64,000 bases of DNA. It comes from Clostridia bacterium. Its GTDB lineage: Bacteria; Bacillota; Clostridia; Oscillospirales; CAG-272. The notes beneath the pieces were generated by a model, which had not been told where the DNA came from, ran no database searches, and saw nothing but the letters and a program-made list of their open reading frames with translations. Below, in pieces: positions 48,206-55,238 of the stretch. Position 1 is the stretch's first letter. Every line of letters starts with the position of its first letter. A program made the position numbers and the translations under genes. Location: positions 19,367 to 83,366 of the forward strand of contig JAFTMJ010000002.1 of assembly GCA_017452475.1 (NCBI GenBank), given 5' to 3'.

Positions 48206-48466
48206 CTACTTCCTCTTGCTGAAGAGGCTGTTCAGCCTTTGCTTCATTTCCTCTTCCTTCTTTTTTGTTTCCTCATACAATATTGTTGGATTTACAATAC
48301 ACCCGTCCACAATTTCACACTCAACAATCGCGTTGCGTATAAGCATATCAGCAAAGCCCTTGGGCATTTGCTCGCTCTTAAAGGTCACCGTTTCCTCATC
48401 CACCTCAAAGGTGGCTATTTTATTGCCGTTTTGGTCCTCGTCTATTCTGTCAAGAAAAATTTTCAT
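48206..48466 (-). CDS. DUF3006-like small protein
   Basis: 86 aa. It begins MKIFLDRIDEDQNG...ATFEVDEE and has a K/E-rich C-terminal helix, the pattern of DUF3006 proteins. SD GAGGTGA is present. Confidence 0.55.
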   Translation of the reverse strand: MKIFLDRIDEDQNGNKIATFEVDEETVTFKSEQMPKGFADMLIRNAIVECEIVDGCIVNPTILYEETKKKEEEMKQRLNSLFSKRK

Positions 48467-48489
48467 AACTCACCTCAAGATTTTTTATT

Positions 48490-48518
48490 ATTTTACCATA
48501 ATATTGGCACAATTTCAA
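48490..48518 (-). promoter_or_regulatory. Sigma-A-type promoter of the DUF3006-dehydrogenase-peptide operon
   Basis: Minus strand has TTGAAA (48518..48513), a 17-nt spacer, then TAAAAT (48495..48490) preceded by TGG. Confidence 0.55.
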
Positions 48519-48618
48519 CAATTTTGCGTTTTCTTAAAAAAGTATTTGTTTTTTAGCCTTATGTATGTTATACTATAATGGATAAATTATGTATATAACC
48601 TATATGGAGGAAAAGACA

Positions 48619-49728
48619 TTGATTATAGCACTTGAAAATGCCAAGTATGAGCTTCAAAGCTTCCGCGAAAATATAAAAGAGCTTGGCAACGCACTAAGAA
48701 TAGATGAACTAAAGATAGAGGTTGAAAAGCTTGAGCAAACAACATTTGACCCCGACTTTTGGTCGAACCAAGAAAATTCAACCAAGATTTTGCAAAAAAT
48801 CAAACAAATGAAGGCAAAAATTGAAAATTACGAGGCTCTTGTCACAAAGCTTGAGGACACAATTATGATGGCTGAAATGGCAATTGAGGAGAATGATGAA
48901 AGCATGACTGAGGATATCCTTGCCGACCAGGAAGCAATTATCAAGGAGGAGGAAAAGCAAAGGATAGAGGTGCTTCTTTCAGGAGAATATGACAAAAATA
49001 ACGCCATTATTTCCTTCCACCCGGGTGCTGGCGGCACAGAAGCGCAGGACTGGGCGCTTATGCTCTACCGCCTTTACACAAGATGGGGCGAAAAGCACGG
49101 ATATAATGTTAAGCTTCTTGATTGGCTTGACGGTGAGGAAGCAGGCTTAAAAAGTGCAACCATTTTGGTTGAGGGCATAAATGCTTACGGTTATTTAAAG
49201 AGTGAAAACGGTGTTCACCGTTTAGTTCGTGTTTCACCTTTTGACTCTTCAGGACGTAGGCATACCTCCTTCGCTTCAGTTGAGGTTATGCCCGAGTTTG
49301 AGGATGACAACTCAATTGTTATCAATGAGGCTGACTTGGAAATCACCGCGCACCGTTCATCAGGCGCAGGTGGACAGCATGTAAATAAGACTGACTCAGC
49401 TATCAGAATTGTTCATATCCCCACAGGAATTGTTGTAGGCTGTCAAACAGAGCGAAGCCAGCTCCAAAACAAGGAAACCGCTATGAAAATGCTCAAATCT
49501 AAGCTTATGGAAATTAAGCAAAGAGAAAAGCTTGACCGAATTGAGGACATTAAAGGCAATAAAACCAACATCGAATGGGGCTCCCAAATTCGTTCCTATG
49601 TATTTATGCCGTACACCCTTGCAAAGGATACCCGCACAGGCTATGAGGACGGAAACATCCAGGCGGTTATGGACGGTGAAATTGACGGATTTATTAACGC
49701 ATACCTAAAGGATAATGCAAGCAAATGA
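48619..49728 (+). CDS. prfB: Peptide chain release factor 2, one uninterrupted frame; probable TTG start
   Basis: SPF motif (RVSPFDS) and GGQ motif (SGAGGQHVNKT). GGAGG (48606..48610) lies 8 nt upstream of TTG 48619. The track's ATG at 48589 and the ATG at 48604 are in frame but have no SD. Confidence 0.9.
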   Translation: MIIALENAKYELQSFRENIKELGNALRIDELKIEVEKLEQTTFDPDFWSNQENSTKILQKIKQMKAKIENYEALVTKLEDTIMMAEMAIEENDESMTEDILADQEAIIKEEEKQRIEVLLSGEYDKNNAIISFHPGAGGTEAQDWALMLYRLYTRWGEKHGYNVKLLDWLDGEEAGLKSATILVEGINAYGYLKSENGVHRLVRVSPFDSSGRRHTSFASVEVMPEFEDDNSIVINEADLEITAHRSSGAGGQHVNKTDSAIRIVHIPTGIVVGCQTERSQLQNKETAMKMLKSKLMEIKQREKLDRIEDIKGNKTNIEWGSQIRSYVFMPYTLAKDTRTGYEDGNIQAVMDGEIDGFINAYLKDNASK

Positions 49729-50495
49729 TTAAGGAAGCATCAAGATTTAAGGACTCCTGCGTTTTTGAAGGAATGACCTCAATCCGCGCACTGCTTGACA
49801 ACCTAAAGGATGGCAAGGAAAACGCCCGTAAAATTGAGAAAATTCTCTTTGACAAAGCAAAGGAAAAATCAAAGTCCAAGGAAATCGGATATTTAAAGAA
49901 AATGGGCGAGCTATTCAACTTTACGGTTGAAGGCTGTAACGCTAATGATATCGAAGCCTACACGGTTGGCGCTTCTCACGGTGGCATTATTGCACTTTGC
50001 GGTGAAAAATCCTACACTCAAATCTCAAGTGATAAAATTGTTAATAACGGATTTTATGTAATGATTGAGGGTATTGAGGACCCATATAACTTCGGCTACG
50101 CCCTGCGCTCTATTTATGCCGCCGGCGCTGACGGAATAATTTTGTCCGAGCGTAATTGGCTCTCTGCCGCAGGTGTAGTTTGCCGTTCTTCAGCAGGAGC
50201 AAGCGAAAGGCTTAATGTTTTTATTGAATGTGACGGATATATAGATATGTTCAAGCAAAAGGGCTATTCAGTTGTTTGCGCAGATATCAAAAACTCCGTT
50301 AGCGTATATGAGGCTGACCTAAAAAAGCCTATTCTGCTTATTGTCGGCGGTGAAAAAAGAGGAATATCCTCATCGCTTTTAAGCCAAGCTGACCAAATTG
50401 TAAGAATTGACTACGGACGCAGGTTCGATGCTGCCCTGTCTGCCGCATCCGCTTCCACAATCCTTGCATTTGAAATTTTTAGAAACAATAAATAA
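49725..50495 (+). CDS. SpoU/TrmH-family RNA 2'-O-methyltransferase
   Basis: 256 aa with IEDPYNFGYALRSIYAAGADGIIL, LLIVGGEKRGIS and SAASASTILAFE (SPOUT knot motifs). It overlaps prfB at ATGA. Confidence 0.8.
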   Translation: MIKEASRFKDSCVFEGMTSIRALLDNLKDGKENARKIEKILFDKAKEKSKSKEIGYLKKMGELFNFTVEGCNANDIEAYTVGASHGGIIALCGEKSYTQISSDKIVNNGFYVMIEGIEDPYNFGYALRSIYAAGADGIILSERNWLSAAGVVCRSSAGASERLNVFIECDGYIDMFKQKGYSVVCADIKNSVSVYEADLKKPILLIVGGEKRGISSSLLSQADQIVRIDYGRRFDAALSAASASTILAFEIFRNNK

Positions 50496-50497
50496 CC

Positions 50498-50530
50498 AAA
50501 AACGCGTACTGAATTTCAGTACGCGTTTTT
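50498..50530. terminator. Bidirectional intrinsic terminator
   Basis: AAAAACGCGTACTG-AATTT-CAGTACGCGTTTTT. The palindrome is flanked by A5 and T5. Confidence 0.8.
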
Positions 50531-50593
50531 ACTTTTACCCAAGACGGAAGATGCGACGCATATTCGACTTCATAACGATTACTTGAGTGTATA

Positions 50594-51283
50594 TTAATTT
50601 TTTTGATTATTTCGGACAATGTTTAAATAGAATTCATTAGTTGAATAAACCTTAAAGTTACCATATTCGTCACCGCTCAAAAGTGGTTCAAAGCGGTTAA
50701 CGTGAACATATTTAATATTAAGCGGTATAGGATTTATTATTAAAATGTTTTCTGTTTCCTTGTTGTCGTTGTGATATTTGCCATAGTCGGGTGTATGTAA
50801 AAACTTTTGTCCCTTAACCTTTTCGTGTGTTTCCGTATGAGTGAGCTTTAAAAATGTTGCTTCTATGTTCTTTGGCTTAAAGAAACTGGCTCTTATAAGA
50901 GCGCCCGCATTTCTTGTAACCAAAACAAAGCCTTTTACGCTTGTTAAGAAATAGTCATTTGATGTAATAAAATTCAAATTGACATTTTTAACAATAGAGG
51001 GGGTGAAATATTTAATTATGTATCTCTTATCAGTTGTTTCAATAACAAGTTCAGGTGATTTTGTATTTTTGAAAATTGATATGAATTGAGAGCCTGTTTT
51101 TTTAATTGAGATGCTTTGTGTTTTACAAAACACATTTAATTTGAAAAAGAATATTGTTCGTTTCAATATGGCTCTTACATATCTGTAAACCAAAATAAAA
51201 ACCGCTATGCTTATAATCAGAACAAAAATTTGAAACAAAAATATTCCCCAATCTCTCACAATTGTTTGGGTTTGCGGATCCAC
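50594..51283 (-). CDS. Hypothetical N-terminally membrane-anchored protein (GTG start)
   Basis: 229 aa with one TM (WGIFLFQIFVLIISIAVFILVY) followed by about 190 aa in which I recognise no motif. SD GGAGGAG lies upstream of the GTG. It starts 24 nt after the XRE-TPR gene, and the DNA is AT-rich. Confidence 0.55.
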   Translation of the reverse strand: MDPQTQTIVRDWGIFLFQIFVLIISIAVFILVYRYVRAILKRTIFFFKLNVFCKTQSISIKKTGSQFISIFKNTKSPELVIETTDKRYIIKYFTPSIVKNVNLNFITSNDYFLTSVKGFVLVTRNAGALIRASFFKPKNIEATFLKLTHTETHEKVKGQKFLHTPDYGKYHNDNKETENILIINPIPLNIKYVHVNRFEPLLSGDEYGNFKVYSTNEFYLNIVRNNQKN

Positions 51284-51307
51284 TTGACTCCTCCTGTTAA
51301 ATTCTAT

Positions 51308-52429
51308 TTATACCTTCCATTCACCGGCATAATTTTGCAGTTGATTTTCTATTTCGATAAATTTTTCATTATTTCTTATAAAATCAAAATGCGCATCTTT
51401 AAAATATTCCAACAAATGATATACGTTATTGAATTTGTGGTCTAAATGAACAGAAGATTTTTCTATTTTTCCCTTAAAAAGTATAGAAGAATATTTCAAC
51501 TCACCGCAATCTATATACTCAACAAAATTAATCGCGTGCTTCGCCGCATTTTCGATATAGCATAAAGTTTTTTCTATATCCTTGCTTTCAGCACAATCAA
51601 AAGCCAACTTTTTGTATGAGTCGCAGAGCGTTTCATTGTAAAACCCATAATCTTCCGCTTCAAAAATCAATTTTATAAAGTCGATTTGCTTCTTTCTAAG
51701 CAAAGTCATTTCTTTCGAGGAATATAACCAATCTCCCGAATCCATACGATAGTTGCACTTGATTCTATTAGCAATATTTTGAATATTCGTATATAACAAA
51801 TTGTTTATACTTAGTTCTCTTAGCTTATCTCCCTTGTAAATAAGCTCCAAAAGAGATTCTCTGCTAAGAATGCTTCTGGGCATTTTATATGCCAATTCGA
51901 CAGCTCTGTCCTCTTTCCCTATGTCACTATATACAATACAGAGGTTTTGAATAGCAGAAGCTCGAGTGTCAAATTCTTTGCATTCTGAAACTATTTTTTC
52001 TCCAAGCCTAATTATTTCCGCATCAATTTTACGTGCGTATTCTTCAGGTGGTGACTTTCTACGCTCAAGCTCAAGAACGTGCATATAATCGAGCATCAGC
52101 TCATAGCTATTGGGAAACTTATTCAACCCGCATTCTAACAATTCTTTACCCTCAGAAACAAAGCCACGTGAGTAATATTTGCTTGCTTCGGTTCTGATAT
52201 TTTGAATCTCGCTTTTATTGCTGTTAACATTGATATCAAGCAATTCATCGGAAGACACACCAAAAACATTGCAAATTAAAGGAATAAATGTAATGTCAGG
52301 CATAGTTTTACCAATTTCCCATTGAGATACCGCTGATATTGATACATTTAAAAATTCCGCCAGGTCCTCTTGAGTCATATTCCTACTTTTTCTTAAATCC
52401 TTTATCTTTTCGCCTATACTCATAATCAT
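51308..52429 (-). CDS. XRE-family HTH regulator with a TPR-like C-terminal domain (paralog of 45539..46663)
   Basis: 373 aa with the HTH segment IKDLRKSRNMTQEDLAEFLNVSISAVSQWEIGKTMPDITFIPLICNVFGVSSDELL. It matches the other regulator in length and shares the C-terminal motif F..(L/I)(Q/R)NNEK(Y/F). Confidence 0.75.
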   Translation of the reverse strand: MIMSIGEKIKDLRKSRNMTQEDLAEFLNVSISAVSQWEIGKTMPDITFIPLICNVFGVSSDELLDINVNSNKSEIQNIRTEASKYYSRGFVSEGKELLECGLNKFPNSYELMLDYMHVLELERRKSPPEEYARKIDAEIIRLGEKIVSECKEFDTRASAIQNLCIVYSDIGKEDRAVELAYKMPRSILSRESLLELIYKGDKLRELSINNLLYTNIQNIANRIKCNYRMDSGDWLYSSKEMTLLRKKQIDFIKLIFEAEDYGFYNETLCDSYKKLAFDCAESKDIEKTLCYIENAAKHAINFVEYIDCGELKYSSILFKGKIEKSSVHLDHKFNNVYHLLEYFKDAHFDFIRNNEKFIEIENQLQNYAGEWKV

Positions 52430-52458
52430 AACTTTCCTTTGTCTAACTTTACATACTA

Positions 52459-52466
52459 ATTATACA
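52459..52466 (-). promoter_or_regulatory. Extended -10 element upstream of the second XRE-TPR gene
   Basis: Minus strand has TGTATAAT. No good -35 box was found. Confidence 0.35.
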
Positions 52467-52508
52467 ATAAAATCTTTTCAAATGAAAGTGAGCATTTCTA
52501 AAATTCAA

Positions 52509-52525
52509 TTAAAGTGTCACTTTAA
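52509..52525. promoter_or_regulatory. Perfect palindrome TTAAAGTG-N1-CACTTTAA (candidate operator)
   Basis: 8-bp arms, located about 45 nt upstream of the extended -10 element. Confidence 0.3.
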
Positions 52526-52541
52526 AATCCTTATCACTCTC

Positions 52542-52802
52542 TTAATTAAACAACTTAAATGATGCTTCTGTCATAACATAAATTTTTGAAGGTGACTTTA
52601 ATGTATTTTTGGCAGAGATAAACATACCATCGTCAAGACCAAAGAAATTTGGTTTGCCGGTAAACAAGACAATTACTATTTCGCTTTTTGAAAGAACAGG
52701 CTTTAAAATTGCGGTTTTTATCCTGCTCGGACTCATAATATGTCCAAAGGGAAGCAATTCCTCTCTATATATGGTTCCGTCTTCCATTAAGTGGATTATC
52801 AT
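52542..52802 (-). CDS. Hypothetical protein; its frame stays open a further 36 codons upstream to the TAA of the HTH gene
   Basis: 86 aa from the ATG at 52802, which has no convincing SD. The in-frame upstream sequence KFGKITEDTEIYKTIEFEHNCQKYKVYTIKKPVKKN contains no stop and no ATG/GTG/TTG. Confidence 0.45.
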   Translation of the reverse strand: MIIHLMEDGTIYREELLPFGHIMSPSRIKTAILKPVLSKSEIVIVLFTGKPNFFGLDDGMFISAKNTLKSPSKIYVMTEASFKLFN

Positions 52803-52910
52803 ATTCTTTTTTACAGGCTTCTTAATTGTATATACCTTATATTTTTGACAGTTATGCTCAAATTCAATGGTTTTATAAATTTCAGTATCCTCGGTAATTT
52901 TTCCAAATTT

Positions 52911-53141
52911 TTAATAATAATTGTAAAGAGACAAGGATTTCTCTTTCTTGCACTCTGCTATATCGCCAATATCGCAATTAAGACAGGCGCAAATTTTAGA
53001 AAGAGTTTCCGTTGTAACCACTTCATTTTTTGATAGCTTTGCAATAACCCTTGAGCTTAGTCCTGTTTCGTCAATAAGCTCTGTTTTAGTCATATTTTTG
53101 TCAATTAGCATCTTCCACAGCTTAGAATAGTCCATATACAT
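52911..53141 (-). CDS. Small Cro/C1-type HTH protein (YozG/COG3655-like)
   Basis: 76 aa with MTKTELIDETGLSSRVIAKLSKNEVVTTETLSKICACLNCDIGDI. SD GAAAGGAAGGTG is present. Confidence 0.75.
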   Translation of the reverse strand: MYMDYSKLWKMLIDKNMTKTELIDETGLSSRVIAKLSKNEVVTTETLSKICACLNCDIGDIAECKKEKSLSLYNYY

Positions 53142-53165
53142 ATTAACACCTTCCTTTCTACTTTA

Positions 53166-53194
53166 ACTATATCATAAACTAATACAATTGTCAA
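53166..53194 (-). promoter_or_regulatory. Sigma-A-type promoter of the small HTH gene
   Basis: Minus strand has TTGACA (53194..53189), a 17-nt spacer, then TATAGT (53171..53166). Confidence 0.55.
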
Positions 53195-53198
53195 TATT

Positions 53199-53216
53199 TA
53201 TTTACTTTAGTAAATA
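53199..53216. promoter_or_regulatory. 7-bp inverted repeat TATTTAC-N4-GTAAATA just upstream of the -35 box
   Basis: Perfect arms. This is a candidate autoregulatory operator. Confidence 0.3.
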
Positions 53217-53237
53217 TTTTCTTTCAGGTAAAGGATG

Positions 53238-53268
53238 AAAAAACCGAGTGCTTTTAACACTCGGTTTT
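53238..53268 (-). terminator. Intrinsic terminator ending the nine-gene run
   Basis: Minus strand reads AAAACCGAGTG-TTAAAAG-CACTCGGTTTT followed by TT. Confidence 0.8.
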
Positions 53269-53272
53269 GTGA

Positions 53273-54082
53273 TTAGTAATTAATATTTTTCATATAGTCT
53301 ATAGCCATTTGTGCGCATTCAAGTGGTGTTTTGCCCATTGATGGGTTATCCTGCTCTGCAATAATCCAGCCTGCACCCGCATCCTTTGCAGCATCTACAA
53401 TATCCTGAATTTTCTGAACGCCGTAGCCAAGAGGGCGGAACTCAAATGTGTTGCTCTGCTCCTCGTTGCTTTCAATACCAATCAGCTTATACATATTCTT
53501 GCTTCTTGTGCCAACAAAGTCCTTTAGGTGAACAACAGGTGCCCTGCCTGTATACTTTCTTACATAATCGCTTGGATTTTCACCACCCACATTTACCCAA
53601 CAGGTATCAATTTCGGTTTGAAGAAGGTCTGCGCTTACCTCATTGTAAAGAGCATCCAAAACATATTCGCCCTTTTCGTTTTTATCAAACTCAAAATCGT
53701 GGTTATGATACAAAAGAACGATGCCGTTTTCCTTACAAACCTGTCCTATCTTTTTTATACCCTCAACAACCTCAGGGTACTTTTCCTTGCCGTAACGTAA
53801 ATCCTCGGGAAGATAAGGAATTACTATGTACTTACAGCCTATATACTTGTAATCCTTTACCAAGCCTTCAATATCGGGCATCAAATCCTGATAAGCAACG
53901 TGTGCAGAAATCGGAGTAAGACCGGCCTCCTCAAACATTTCCTTTACCTCTTGAGCAGTGTGGCCGTACCAGCCTGCCATTTCGCCACCCTCATAGCCCA
54001 TTGCCTTAACCTTCTTTAATGTGCCAAGAAAGTCCTTTTCCATGTCATCTCTTACTGAATAAAGTTGAAAACCAAGCTTCAT
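53273..54082 (-). CDS. Sugar phosphate isomerase/epimerase (xylose-isomerase-like TIM barrel)
   Basis: 269 aa with the overall AP-endonuclease-2/xylose-isomerase-like TIM pattern (MKLGFQLYSVRD..., HNHDFEF, VHLKD). Confidence 0.7.
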   Translation of the reverse strand: MKLGFQLYSVRDDMEKDFLGTLKKVKAMGYEGGEMAGWYGHTAQEVKEMFEEAGLTPISAHVAYQDLMPDIEGLVKDYKYIGCKYIVIPYLPEDLRYGKEKYPEVVEGIKKIGQVCKENGIVLLYHNHDFEFDKNEKGEYVLDALYNEVSADLLQTEIDTCWVNVGGENPSDYVRKYTGRAPVVHLKDFVGTRSKNMYKLIGIESNEEQSNTFEFRPLGYGVQKIQDIVDAAKDAGAGWIIAEQDNPSMGKTPLECAQMAIDYMKNINY

Positions 54083-54084
54083 AA

Positions 54085-54786
54085 TTATACCTCACTATAA
54101 ATTTTAATAAATTCTTTAACAATATTTGTGGACTGCATAGCAGCCTTTGGCGCAAAGGTCATATAATCCATCTCTGCACCGTCGCCGTCTGAAATGGTGC
54201 GCAAAACACCGAATGGTACCTTATTTACATAGCAAACGTGACCGATTGCGGCGCCCTCCATCTCACAGGCGATAGCATTAAACTCACTGTTTATTGCTTC
54301 CTTTTCCTTAGCATCAGCCATAAACTTATCTCCTGATGCAATTATACCCTCCTTAACATTACAGTTAGCGCTTAAGGCGGCTGTTTTTAAGGCGTTTGAT
54401 ACAGCCTTACAGGTATCAATGTATATAACATTAATGCCTGAAATCAAGCCCCTTGGGTCACCGATTGCGCTTGTGTCCATATCGTGCTGGACAACGCTTG
54501 TGGCAACCGCAGCATCAAGCACATTAAAGCCCTTTTCAAGGGATCCTGCCACACCTGTGTTTATAATCACTGACGGTGCAAATTCAAGTATCATTGTCTG
54601 TGCGCAAATAGCGGCAAAAACCTTACCGATTCCACACTTGGCAACAACCACATCCTTGTTAAACAGCTTACCCTTAACAAACCTTACTGAGCTTATTATT
54701 TTTTCTTCCGTGGCTGTCATTGAGGCAATGATTGCATCAACCTCAATGTCCATAGCGCCGATTATGCCAATCAGATTATTCTTCAT
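54085..54786 (-). CDS. mtnN: 5'-methylthioadenosine/S-adenosylhomocysteine nucleosidase
   Basis: 233 aa with IGIIGAMDIEV, NTGVAGS, ACEMEGAAIGHVC and RTISD. Confidence 0.9.
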   Translation of the reverse strand: MKNNLIGIIGAMDIEVDAIIASMTATEEKIISSVRFVKGKLFNKDVVVAKCGIGKVFAAICAQTMILEFAPSVIINTGVAGSLEKGFNVLDAAVATSVVQHDMDTSAIGDPRGLISGINVIYIDTCKAVSNALKTAALSANCNVKEGIIASGDKFMADAKEKEAINSEFNAIACEMEGAAIGHVCYVNKVPFGVLRTISDGDGAEMDYMTFAPKAAMQSTNIVKEFIKIYSEV

Positions 54787-55231
54787 ACTTAAATGTCACC
54801 TCTTTTGAATTAAGAGCATTAAGATATCTTTGGCTCTCTAACTTAGCTGCGTCAAGATTGAGGTTTCTAAAGTTTCCGCACTCTTCTCTTGTGTTACCAA
54901 AGATTTCGCCATTGTGATTAATAATCTTATTTAAAACATCTTTAACAAGGGTAAGCACAGTATCATTTTCCAAATCCCTTGTCAAAAGGTAAAAGCCTGT
55001 TTGACAGCCCATAGGACCAAAATAAATTATGTTATCACTATACTTAGAATTTCTTACATATGTTGCAAACATATGCTCTAAGGAATGGATTGTCAAATTG
55101 TCAATATAGTCACCCATATTAGGCTTTCTCATACGCATATCATAGGTGGTTACGTCCCCGTCAATACGGGAAACATAAATACCCTCGCTGATTTTATCGT
55201 GATTTACAGAAAAGCTTGCGATTTTCCTCAT
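54776..55231 (-). CDS. luxS: S-ribosylhomocysteine lyase
   Basis: 151 aa with the metal-site motif HSLEHMFATYVRN (HxxEH) and GPMGCQTGFY. Confidence 0.95.
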   Translation of the reverse strand: MRKIASFSVNHDKISEGIYVSRIDGDVTTYDMRMRKPNMGDYIDNLTIHSLEHMFATYVRNSKYSDNIIYFGPMGCQTGFYLLTRDLENDTVLTLVKDVLNKIINHNGEIFGNTREECGNFRNLNLDAAKLESQRYLNALNSKEVTFKYEE

Positions 55232-55238
55232 ATATACC

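Noticed and set aside
47850-48578. 242-aa plus-strand ORF
   Set aside because: It is antisense to the dehydrogenase and DUF3006 genes, its translation is low-complexity (runs of S/F/I), and it has no SD. It is an artefact of AT-rich antisense sequence.
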